This document shows, piece by piece, positions 1 to 8,763 of a stretch of DNA of 16,501 bases; the first letter of the stretch is position 1; every line of letters begins with the position of its first letter. The notes under the pieces are model-generated. The model worked only from the letters and a program-made list of their open reading frames with translations. It had not been told where the DNA came from and searched no databases. The stretch is from NCBI GenBank assembly GCA_041695225.1, contig JBGFRI010000034.1, positions 1 through 16,501 of the forward strand. The letters run 5' to 3'. The translations under genes and the position numbers were made by a program. This stretch comes from Deinococcota bacterium. Its GTDB lineage: Bacteria > Deinococcota > Deinococci > Deinococcales > Thermaceae.

Positions 1-64
1 TTTCTTCCCTGAGCAGTTCCAGGACAACCTGCGCTTTGAAACTGGCTGAGTGGTTCTTTCTCAT
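1..64 (-). CDS. IS3-family transposase OrfA, N-terminal part (runs off the window)
   Basis: Manual translation MRKNHSASFKAQVVLELLREE, the same protein sequence as the copy starting at 16366. Confidence 0.8.
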   Translation of the reverse strand, partial: MRKNHSASFKAQVVLELLREE

Positions 65-122
65 AAACTAGTGTCGCTTAGAGCCTGCGGTTTTCGTGTC
101 CAGTTTATGGGGTCCATTATCT
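1..122 (-). mobile_element. IS3-family insertion sequence, left end (IRL plus start of orfA), truncated by the window edge
   Basis: The reverse complement of 1..121 matches 16309..16429 with 2 mismatches. It encodes MRKNHSASFKAQVVLELLREE from the ATG at 64, a typical IS3 OrfA helix-turn-helix N-terminus. Confidence 0.88.
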
Positions 123-139
123 CTCAGGTCTTTTTGGCT

Positions 140-159
140 TGCGACCTGCGACCTGCGAC
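140..159 (+). repeat. Short heptamer tandem repeat (TGCGACC x ~3)
   Basis: tgcgacc tgcgacc tgcgac read directly. Confidence 0.7.
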
Positions 160-274
160 ATCTTTTGTAGAGCGTCAGTCCCCGCTTCATGCTCCGGGGT
201 CCCTCAGGACGGATGGGCAACTCTTATGAATGCGCCGGTATGGGCCGGTATGGCCCAGTATGAGAGAGACTGCT

Positions 275-400
275 ATGAACAGAATTGTTCCGCACCTGTG
301 GTTCGACAAAGAAGCCAGAGAAGCCGCAGACTTTTGCTGCTCCGCTTTTCCTAACTCGTCAATAGTCAGTTCTATCGTGCTGCGCGATACTCCCTCGTAG
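275..400 (+). pseudogene. Truncated VOC / PhnB-like (3-demethylubiquinone-9 3-methyltransferase family) gene fragment
   Basis: Manual translation MNRIVPHLWFDKEAREAADFCCSAFPNSSIVSSIVLRDTPS*. The IxPHLWFDxEAxEAAxF...FPNS pattern is the family N-terminus. It stops after 41 aa and is too short for the ORF track. Confidence 0.75.
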
Positions 401-497
401 GTTACGGCTTTGCCGGAATCGCGTAAGCGATTTGCCTAGAGGCGAGACAGCCAGTGCGCTGCATCCCGACAGAAAGGGTGAACTCGAGAGTCTGGCG

Positions 498-527
498 TAC
501 TCGACCCCTTTGGGGGGGGGGGGAGTA
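498..527. repeat. Hairpin containing a G12 homopolymer, just downstream of the nitroreductase
   Basis: tactc..cccc-ttt-gggg..gagta stem; the G run spans 512..523. Confidence 0.45.
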
Positions 528-543
528 GCGGGTTTACAAAATA

Positions 544-1497
544 TCAAGGGACAAGTTGCTCTTTCGGAGCTTGGAGCAGGGCTTTAGCCAGGGCTTCACC
601 AGGGCTGCCGTCGGCCCGGTAGGCTTCGGGCTCTTTCTCGATCCATACATGGCCCTTGCTATGGAACTGAAGGCTGCGAAAGCCCATGCTATAGGCTTGC
701 TCGATAAGCTGGCCCAGCGAGCCCGCCTCGATCCCCCGGGTTTTTAGCTGGCCAAGCAGGTCTGCGGGCAGGTCGGGGTCGAAGCCTTGCTGGGAGGTGA
801 GGGTCTGGTAGGCTGGCTCGCGCTGTTCCATCGCTCCGCCTGTGGCAAAGTAGCGTTCCAGCACCCTGTACCAGTCCCCGCCACGGGCGATGGGGGCCAT
901 GTCGGCATAGGCTTGCTCGAGCTGTTCCGCTGTGTATTCGGCATACTGGTTCTCGTGCACAACCAGAGCGCGCCGGATGCGTGGGCGCGGGCTGGGGACT
1001 TCCTCCGGTACGCCCACGCACAAGCCCGCTACCGGGAAGACACCCGTGGGCAGCCTGCACAGCTGGCTAATCTGACCGATGCCATTGAGCACCCCGCCGA
1101 TCCAGACAATGCCGTAGCCCAGGCTTTCGGCCATGGTCGCCAGCGCGCTCCCGGCCAGCACGGCATCGGCGATGGCAAAGTGGGCCGCCGTGCGGGGCCA
1201 GCGCCCCCAGGCGCCGCCGCGGTGCTCCACCAGCTTTTGCAGCCGGTGTACGTCGGCCAGAATCAGGAAGAACTCGGCGCAGGTCTCGATGTGAGGGTTG
1301 GTACCGGAATGGCTCGAGATCTCCCTCCGCAACTCGAGGTTGCTGACGCGCAACAGGCTATACATCTGCGCAGTGGCATCGGTGGGGGCCCGCTGAGCGG
1401 CAAAGAGAATTTTTTCCAGATCGCCTTCGCTCAGGGGTTCGGACTTAAACTTGCGCACACTGGCCCGGCGCCGATAGAACTCGTAAAGGTCGCTCAC
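544..1497 (-). CDS. Nitroreductase / NADPH-flavin oxidoreductase (NfsA/NfrA-like) with a C-terminal extension
   Basis: RASVRKF, AAQRAPT, AESLGYGIVWIGG, GLCVGVP..PRPR..VVHENQY motifs. GTG start has a TAGGCT -10 box 6 nt upstream. Confidence 0.88.
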   Translation of the reverse strand: MSDLYEFYRRRASVRKFKSEPLSEGDLEKILFAAQRAPTDATAQMYSLLRVSNLELRREISSHSGTNPHIETCAEFFLILADVHRLQKLVEHRGGAWGRWPRTAAHFAIADAVLAGSALATMAESLGYGIVWIGGVLNGIGQISQLCRLPTGVFPVAGLCVGVPEEVPSPRPRIRRALVVHENQYAEYTAEQLEQAYADMAPIARGGDWYRVLERYFATGGAMEQREPAYQTLTSQQGFDPDLPADLLGQLKTRGIEAGSLGQLIEQAYSMGFRSLQFHSKGHVWIEKEPEAYRADGSPGEALAKALLQAPKEQLVP

Positions 1498-1767
1498 GCC
1501 TGTAGCCTATCGCTAGTGGGAGCGCCGGACTGTGGCCGTGGGGTGGATGTGAAAAGGCGGTGCAGCAAGGTAGAACTGCCCATCACCCCGCTGGCTCACC
1601 GTTGATGATGGTGAAGAAGGCTACCACTTTCTGGCGGAGCTTCTCAACGCCATAGCCGAAACGGCTCTCCGGGCGCTGTTGAGAGTCAGCGATGCTTTTG
1701 GTACGTGATTGTTACGCTGGCGTCTGCGGTGTCGGGTAGCTCGAACTGAATCCGCACCGACACAGGC

Positions 1768-2955
1768 CTAGCTCAGGGCCTCAATTCCCGGCAGGGTGCC
1801 CAGCTCCAGGAGCTCGAGGCTGGCCCCACCCCCGGTAGAAACGTGGCTAAACTGGTCGGCCAGGCCCAGCTTGTTGGCCGCCGCTACCGAGTCGCCGCCG
1901 CCAATCACAGTAAACGCGCCCTCGAGCCTGGCAATGGCCTCACCCACGGCTAGCGTGCCCCTTGCAAAGTCGTCCACCTCAAAAACTCCCATGGGCCCAT
2001 TCCAGAGCACGGTCCTGGCTCCCTTCAGGGCTCCTGTAAACGCCCGGACGCTTTCTGGACCGATGTCCAGGCCCATCCACTCGGGCTCAATTTCTCTGGC
2101 AGGCATGACCCTGGACGGCGTACCGGCCTCGATTTTTTGCGCAGCCAGCACATCGGTCGGCAGCAGCAACCTCACCCCCAGATCGGAGGCTTTTTGCAGC
2201 AGATCGCGGGCCAGATCTAGCTTGTCGTCCTCCACTAGACTCTTGCCCACGCTGCCACCCTGGGCTTTGATAAAGGTGAAGGCCATGGCGCCGCCAATCA
2301 CCATCCCGCTAATTCTGGGCAGCAGGTTCTCGATCACCCCAATCTTGTCCGATACCTTGGCCCCGCCCAGCACCACCCAGTAGGGCTTCTGGGGGTTGTG
2401 CAAAACCCTGCTGATGCTGCTGACCTCCTTTTCCATCAGGAAGCCCGCATAGCTGGGCAGGTACCTGGTCACCCCCGTCACCGAAGCGTGCGCCCGGTGA
2501 GCCGACCCGAAGGCGTCCAGCACAAAGGCCTCGCCCAGCCGGGCAAACCTCTGCGAGAGTGCGTCGTCGTTTTTCTCCTCACCGGGTTCGAAGCGCACAT
2601 TGTCCAGCAGAATCACCGAGCCTGTGGGGGCCGCTTTTACCTTCTGCAGCGTGGCGTCAGCGGCCGGGGTCAGTTCTGGCGAACCCCCGATAAAGCTCAC
2701 CGGTCGGCCCAGGTGCTTTTCCAGAACAGGAGCTACGGGAGCCAGGCTGCTGGCGTCTTCGTAGCCGCCCTTGGGCCGCCCCAGGTGAGAGAACAAAACC
2801 AGTGTTGCGCCCTGCTCCAGCAGGTGCTTCAGGGTTGGAATTGCCGCCTTGACCCTGGTCTCGTCTGTGACCTGGCCCGCTTTGATGGGCACGTTAAAAT
2901 CTACCCGCACCAGCACACGCTTTTCGGTAGCGTTGAAGTCTTTTAGCGTTCGCAT
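1768..2955 (-). CDS. pgk: Phosphoglycerate kinase
   Basis: [57 protein letters not shown] at 2955 follows a GGAG RBS (2961..2964). Confidence 0.98.
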   Translation of the reverse strand: MRTLKDFNATEKRVLVRVDFNVPIKAGQVTDETRVKAAIPTLKHLLEQGATLVLFSHLGRPKGGYEDASSLAPVAPVLEKHLGRPVSFIGGSPELTPAADATLQKVKAAPTGSVILLDNVRFEPGEEKNDDALSQRFARLGEAFVLDAFGSAHRAHASVTGVTRYLPSYAGFLMEKEVSSISRVLHNPQKPYWVVLGGAKVSDKIGVIENLLPRISGMVIGGAMAFTFIKAQGGSVGKSLVEDDKLDLARDLLQKASDLGVRLLLPTDVLAAQKIEAGTPSRVMPAREIEPEWMGLDIGPESVRAFTGALKGARTVLWNGPMGVFEVDDFARGTLAVGEAIARLEGAFTVIGGGDSVAAANKLGLADQFSHVSTGGGASLELLELGTLPGIEALS

Positions 2956-2975
2956 AATCACTCCACTATCCTGAA

Positions 2976-3109
2976 CCCCTTTTCCAACGAAGCAAGAGGG
3001 GCAGGGGTGAGAGTGTTGGCGTAGCGAATAAAAATGGGACTAAAGCGCATTTGCGAAAGCTAACGCTTCCGACCCCTCACCCTATCCCTCTCCCGCAAGG
3101 GGAGAGGGA
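2976..3109. repeat. Inverted pair of REP-like palindromic elements between gap and pgk
   Basis: 3073..3109 CCCCTCACCCTATCCCTCTCCC-GCAAG-GGGAGAGGGA has a perfect 10-bp stem. A degenerate inverted copy lies at 2976..3013 (...AGAGGGGCAGGGGTGAGAG). Confidence 0.65.
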
Positions 3110-3114
3110 ACAGA

Positions 3115-4242
<1,128 letters not shown>

Positions 4243-4473
4243 TTAGCGGGTGTGTCCTGCTTACATGTCCAGAGCTTTTTTGGGGCAGCCTGCCCTACTG
4301 CGGCTTCTCCGGTGGCCTGCCCAGAATGTCAAGGCAGATTTGTTCCCACTGCGAAAAGTTCGGAGCGGGCAGAACGGGCCGGGCAACCGCGACGCCCGAC
4401 ACCAGGATCTTTTGATAAAGTAGGTCTTCACGGGGCCTGGCACCGATTGACCGGGGCAGATGCGTTACGTAAA

Positions 4474-4501
4474 TTGACCGGCCTGTGGGTTTTGGTATAA
4501 A
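4474..4501 (+). promoter_or_regulatory. Putative sigma70 promoter of the peptide-export operon
   Basis: TTGACC (4474..4479), 16-nt spacer, then TG-n-TATAAA extended -10 (4496..4501). ATTGACCGG direct repeats at 4446 and 4473. Confidence 0.5.
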
Positions 4502-4527
4502 GAGTCCGGGAATATTGCATAGAATTT

Positions 4528-6615
4528 ATGCGTTGCATTCGTCAGGTAGATCAGACCGATTGCGGCCCGGCGGCACTGGCCACGGTGCTCGCCAGCTACG
4601 GCAGATTTGAACCCATCTTCCGGCTGCGCGACTGGGCCGGCACCACCCAGTCTGGCACCAGTCTGCCGGGTATGATTCGGGCGGCGAAAGGCGCGGGCCT
4701 AGAGGCCCGCGCCTTTCAGGCTGACCTCGAGGGTCTTGCCAGGGTCGAGCTCCCCGCCGTTTTACACTGGGAACACAACCATTATGTGGTTCTGGTGCGC
4801 CTGACCCGCAATCGCGCCCAGATTGCCGACCCTGCAACTGGCCTGCGCTGGGTTGGCCTGGAAGAACTCAAGCGAAAGTGGACCGGCAGGCTGCTCACCC
4901 TGCGCCCCGGGATCAGCTTCGAGCGGGGCAACTTTGTGGGCTTGCGCGGGGTGCCGGGGCTGCTGTCGCACCTGGCTCACTTCCGGGGTAGCGCAAGGGT
5001 GCTCTTCGAGCTAACCCTGGCCACCCTGGCCCTGAGCTTGCTGAGCCTTGGTGCGCCGTTGCTAAGCCAGATCCTCTTCGACCGGGTGCTCACCTTCCGC
5101 GAGGAAGACCTGCTGCCCTACCTGCTGGTGGGCATCTTTGCCCTGGCCTTTTTTCAGACCCTGTTCACCAGCCTGCGGGCGCACATCGCCACCAACCTCT
5201 CCCTGCGGCTGCTTTACCGCCTGAATCTGGGCTACTTCGACCACCTGTTGCGCCTGCCCGTTGCCCGCCTCGAGTCCCGGCTTCCGGGCGACCTCCTCTC
5301 CCGCCTGGGCGACCTGGCCCAGATCGAGGCAACCCTGCGCAACCTGGTGGTCAACCTGCCGCCCGCCCTGCTCACCCTGCTGCTCTCCTTTGCCGTGCTC
5401 TTCGTCTACAACCCCAACCTGGCCCTGGTGGCGCTGCTGGTGATTCCCATTCATCTGCTCTACCTGGCGCTTCTGGTTCCCCATCTGCGGGAGAACAACC
5501 GCCAGCAGCTGGCCAAAGGCGCACAGGTCAACAGCTTTGTGCTGGGAAGCCTCGAGGGGTTCGCCACCCTTAAAGCCCTGCGCGGCGAGGCCTGGTCTCT
5601 AAGCCGGGGCCGTGACCAGTTTTCGGGCCTTAACAACCTGGTCTGGAACGGCTTTTTGCTTTCTAACTGGGGCGGGGCGGCCATTGCCTTTCTGGGGAGC
5701 CTGTTCAGCCTGTTTTTGCTCTGGTATGGGGCCGGGCTGGTGCTGAGGCTCGAGCTTACCGTGGGCCAGCTGGTCGCAGCCTATGGCCTGGTGCAGGGGG
5801 CGGTGGCCGCACTGGGGACTCTGAGTGGAATAGTAATGGCCCTGCAGGAGGGCAGCGTGGCCTCCGACCGTCTGCTGGAAGTTGTGGAGCTAAAGCCCGA
5901 ACTAGAGCCGCTGGCCCAGACCCTGCCCTCGTTGCAAAACGCGGTGCAGATCGAAAACCTGAGCTTTGCCTACCAGCCCGAGCGCCCGCTGCTTACAGGC
6001 GTGAACCTCACCCTGCCCCGGGGCAGCTACACCGTGCTGCTGGGCCCCAACGGAGCGGGCAAGAGCACCCTGGCGGCCCTGCTCTGCCAGATGCTCACCC
6101 CAAGCGGCGGAACCATCCGCTGGGACAGGCTCGACCTGGCCGACCTGCCCCCGGCCACGGTGCGTGAGCGGGTGGTCTACTTGCGCCAGGAGGCCCCCCT
6201 GCTCTACGCCACCCTGCGCGAAAACCTTACCCTGGGCCGCCATCAGCCCGACCAGACCCTCTGGCAGACCCTGGCCACAGTGGGGCTTATGGAGATGGCC
6301 CGCAAGCTGCCCGAGGGCCTGGAGACCACTCTGGGGGGCGAGAGCATCTTCCGCCTCTCCAGCGGCGAAAAACAGATGCTGGGCCTGGCCCGAGCCCTTC
6401 TGAGCGGGGCCGAGCTCTTGATCCTGGACGAGCCCACCGCCACCCTCGACCCCCAGAAGGAAGCCCAGATGGTGGGCCTGCTAGGTCAGCTTAAGGGCCC
6501 CCTGACCCTGCTTGTCATTACCCACCGCCCGGCCCTGCTGGCCCCGGCCGACCAGGTCTTCTATCTGGAAAACGGCCTCGTCCGTTCCTACCAGCCCCAG
6601 GAGGTCTCGGCATGA
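4528..6615 (+). CDS. Peptidase C39-domain ABC transporter (PCAT, SunT/LagD-like bacteriocin exporter)
   Basis: QVDQTDCGPAAL (catalytic Cys), HYVVL (His), IADPA (Asp); multi-TM domain; Walker A GPNGAGKST, signature LSSGEKQ, Walker B LLILDE, ITH switch. Confidence 0.95.
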   Translation: MRCIRQVDQTDCGPAALATVLASYGRFEPIFRLRDWAGTTQSGTSLPGMIRAAKGAGLEARAFQADLEGLARVELPAVLHWEHNHYVVLVRLTRNRAQIADPATGLRWVGLEELKRKWTGRLLTLRPGISFERGNFVGLRGVPGLLSHLAHFRGSARVLFELTLATLALSLLSLGAPLLSQILFDRVLTFREEDLLPYLLVGIFALAFFQTLFTSLRAHIATNLSLRLLYRLNLGYFDHLLRLPVARLESRLPGDLLSRLGDLAQIEATLRNLVVNLPPALLTLLLSFAVLFVYNPNLALVALLVIPIHLLYLALLVPHLRENNRQQLAKGAQVNSFVLGSLEGFATLKALRGEAWSLSRGRDQFSGLNNLVWNGFLLSNWGGAAIAFLGSLFSLFLLWYGAGLVLRLELTVGQLVAAYGLVQGAVAALGTLSGIVMALQEGSVASDRLLEVVELKPELEPLAQTLPSLQNAVQIENLSFAYQPERPLLTGVNLTLPRGSYTVLLGPNGAGKSTLAALLCQMLTPSGGTIRWDRLDLADLPPATVRERVVYLRQEAPLLYATLRENLTLGRHQPDQTLWQTLATVGLMEMARKLPEGLETTLGGESIFRLSSGEKQMLGLARALLSGAELLILDEPTATLDPQKEAQMVGLLGQLKGPLTLLVITHRPALLAPADQVFYLENGLVRSYQPQEVSA

Positions 6616-7595
6616 GCTTCCAGCGCCACGAATGGGAACGCCCCGCTCCCCGCACCACCCGCTTTTTGCTGGGGCTGCTTCTGGCCCTGGTGGCTGTGGC
6701 TCTGGTAGCAGGCTGGCTGACCCGGGTGCAGGTCTGGGCCCTGGCCCCCGGCGTCTTGCAGCCCAGGGGCCAGGTGGTGCAGGTGCTGGCCCCTGGCAGC
6801 GGCCGCATCGTCCAGTTCAACCTGCACCCCAATCGGCCTGTCAAAAAGAACGATTTACTGCTTGAGATCGACACCCTGGGCCAGAGCCCCCAGGAGGCCC
6901 AGGCCCAGCTACAAGCCGCTCTTGCCCAGGTAGAAGAGGCCCGGCGCAGCCTGGCCCAGCAGCAGGAAGTTCTGGCCCAGCGCCAGCGCTTTGCCCGCAT
7001 GCAGGCCGAGCTCTATGCCGCCGGGGGCATTGCCAGGCTGGAACACCAGGAAGCCCAGGACGCCCTGCGCCAGGCCCAGGCCGCTGCGCGGGTGGCCGAG
7101 GCCCGCGTTGACAGCGCAAGGGCGCAGCTGGCAGTTCTGCAAACCCGGCGCAGCCTGCGGGTCTACAGCCCCGCCACTGGTCGGGTGCTCCAGACCGCCG
7201 GCCTGCGGGTGGGGGAGGTGGTGTCTACAGGCCAGCCGCTGGGCCAGATTTTGCCCGAGGATGTTCCGCTGGTCTTTCGGGGCTATGTGCTCGAGCGCGA
7301 GCGCCCCAAGCTGCGCGAGGGGGCCCCGGCCGAGGTAGCCTGGAACGCTTTCCCCCGCCAGCGCTTTGGTCTGAGCCAGGGAACCGTTACCCGCATCTCT
7401 GCCAGCACGATTCTGGTAAACAACATTGCGGTTTTCGAGGTAGAGGTGGCGCTGGCCTCGCTCGAGCTAACAAGCCCCGAAGGAACCCGCCAGCTGCTGC
7501 CGGGCCTGGCCGGCGAGGCCAGAGTGGTGGCCGCCGAACGAAACGTGCTGAACCTGCTGTGGGACTGGATTAGGGGGGTGAACCCATGGGGATAA
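6612..7595 (+). CDS. HlyD-family periplasmic adaptor / membrane fusion protein
   Basis: N-terminal TM anchor, lipoyl-like half motifs (APGSGRI..., SPATGRV...VGEVVSTGQPL), Ala/Gln coiled coil, C-terminal LLPGL. ATGA overlap with the transporter stop. Confidence 0.92.
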   Translation: MSFQRHEWERPAPRTTRFLLGLLLALVAVALVAGWLTRVQVWALAPGVLQPRGQVVQVLAPGSGRIVQFNLHPNRPVKKNDLLLEIDTLGQSPQEAQAQLQAALAQVEEARRSLAQQQEVLAQRQRFARMQAELYAAGGIARLEHQEAQDALRQAQAAARVAEARVDSARAQLAVLQTRRSLRVYSPATGRVLQTAGLRVGEVVSTGQPLGQILPEDVPLVFRGYVLERERPKLREGAPAEVAWNAFPRQRFGLSQGTVTRISASTILVNNIAVFEVEVALASLELTSPEGTRQLLPGLAGEARVVAAERNVLNLLWDWIRGVNPWG

Positions 7596-8338
7596 AGGTA
7601 TTGAGCGGTTCCAAACTTTTCATCGAGGCTGTTATGGGCGCTTTGCGAGACTTAGACTGCCCAAAGGCGCTTACACTGGTGCTGGACTACCCGCTGGGCC
7701 TTGCGCTTACAGTCTGCCCCAGCCAGCATGGCTCCCAGGTGGTGGTCACTCAGTCGGCCTCGCCTTACTACCTGCAAGAAGTGTTGCGCAAGCACCCCCT
7801 GGGGCTATTGACCGGGTGCGCCACCCTGGCCCAGCTGCGACGTCTGCTCGAGCAAATAAGCCAAGGCAACACCCTGCCCCAGTTACCTAAAACAGAGCGG
7901 GTAACCCTCCGGCCCAAGGAATGGGCAGTTTTGCGCCTGGTGGTGCAGGGCCTGGACAACGAGGCCATCGCAGCCCGGCTAAAAATCAGCGCCAAGAGCG
8001 TGGCCAACCTGGTACAAACCATTAAAACCGAGATGGGTGTGCAAACCCGCACCGCGATGGTAGCTCGGTACTATGGCGTCTCTACCACACCCCAGGTATT
8101 TTTACAAGAGCAAAGTTCCCTACATATATGGGGAAGTTTTCCCTATGCAAGCCACCCAAGTGCCCCTACCCTGGAAAGCAGAAAGGAGGTGAGACCGGTG
8201 TTACAAGAACTGAGCCCAGCAGAAGCCGAACAGGTAGTGGGCGGCGCCACCGAGCCCAGCCCAAAGCTGCTCTGGCTGGCCCTGCTACCCGAACCCTGGC
8301 CGCCAGTTCATACAGGGCCGCCGGAGGAGCTTGAGTAG
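7586..8338 (+). CDS. LuxR/NarL-family transcriptional regulator (degenerate receiver plus HTH), read through into a GG-leader peptide
   Basis: LRPKEWAVLRLVVQGLDNEAIAARLKISAKSVANLVQTIKTEMGVQTRTAMV is a LuxR HTH. LVLDYP and VVVT are receiver remnants. The ORF overlaps the hlyD stop. The natural end is probably near 8120 (see the paralogous fragment at 13597). Confidence 0.85.
   Translation: MGIKVLSGSKLFIEAVMGALRDLDCPKALTLVLDYPLGLALTVCPSQHGSQVVVTQSASPYYLQEVLRKHPLGLLTGCATLAQLRRLLEQISQGNTLPQLPKTERVTLRPKEWAVLRLVVQGLDNEAIAARLKISAKSVANLVQTIKTEMGVQTRTAMVARYYGVSTTPQVFLQEQSSLHIWGSFPYASHPSAPTLESRKEVRPVLQELSPAEAEQVVGGATEPSPKLLWLALLPEPWPPVHTGPPEELE
8114..8172 (+). promoter_or_regulatory. Putative internal promoter/operator for the precursor peptide genes
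   Basis: Overlapping inverted repeats AGTTCCCTA-catata-TGGGGAAGT and GGGAA-gtt-TTCCC (8131..8143), then ATGCAA-16 nt-TACCCT (8167..8172), followed by the AGGAGGT RBS. Confidence 0.4.
8198..8338 (+). CDS. Double-glycine leader precursor peptide 1 (46 aa, Pro-rich 30-aa core)
   Basis: Strong RBS AAGGAGGT (8183..8190) then GTG. Sequence MLQELSPAEAEQVVGG|ATEPSPKLLWLALLPEPWPPVHTGPPEELE, with a canonical ELSxxExxxVxGG leader. Confidence 0.8.
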   Translation: MLQELSPAEAEQVVGGATEPSPKLLWLALLPEPWPPVHTGPPEELE

Positions 8339-8389
8339 GTAGACTAGCATTAGGCAATCAAGAACCCATTTGACTTTGGAGGTGTGAAG

Positions 8390-8650
8390 ATGCTGCGTGA
8401 GTTGGAAGTGTGGGAGATGGAGGAAGTGGTTGGGGGTTGCCCCGAATGGCTCAGGCAATTTAGGTCGGCTTGTGAGTTTGTGTCATTAGTCGGAACAGTG
8501 GTATTTTCGGGTGAGGCTGCTCGTAGTACTTACAACTACATGGCATCTAATGCCTGCTCGATTGCCGCAGCACATGGTAGCTTTTGTGGCGGTGCCGCGG
8601 GTGGGGGCGGTTCTGATACCGGGAGTGGCGGCGCATCCAAGCTCTTTTAG
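8390..8650 (+). CDS. Double-glycine leader precursor peptide 2 (bacteriocin-like, 70-aa core with 4 Cys and a Gly/Ser tail)
   Basis: GGAGGT RBS at 8378..8383, ATG 8390. The leader MLRELEVWEMEEVVGG aligns without gaps to the leader of precursor 1. Confidence 0.85.
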   Translation: MLRELEVWEMEEVVGGCPEWLRQFRSACEFVSLVGTVVFSGEAARSTYNYMASNACSIAAAHGSFCGGAAGGGGSDTGSGGASKLF

Positions 8651-8763
8651 GAATCAGCACTAAAGGTTGATAGCGTCCAGGTGTAGGTTACAGACCTCCT
8701 GATTGGCTTGTGGCGTGTACGACAAAATGTACCCGCCACAAGCTACAACTACAAAAACCTAGC

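Noticed and set aside
139..354. 71-aa ORF from the track
   Set aside because: The recognisable coding signal is in another frame (275..400, VOC fragment).
8390..8650. Lanthipeptide, sactipeptide or glycocin interpretation of the Cys/Ser/Thr-rich core
   Set aside because: No LanM/LanBC, radical SAM, YcaO or glycosyltransferase gene in the window; modification in trans cannot be excluded.
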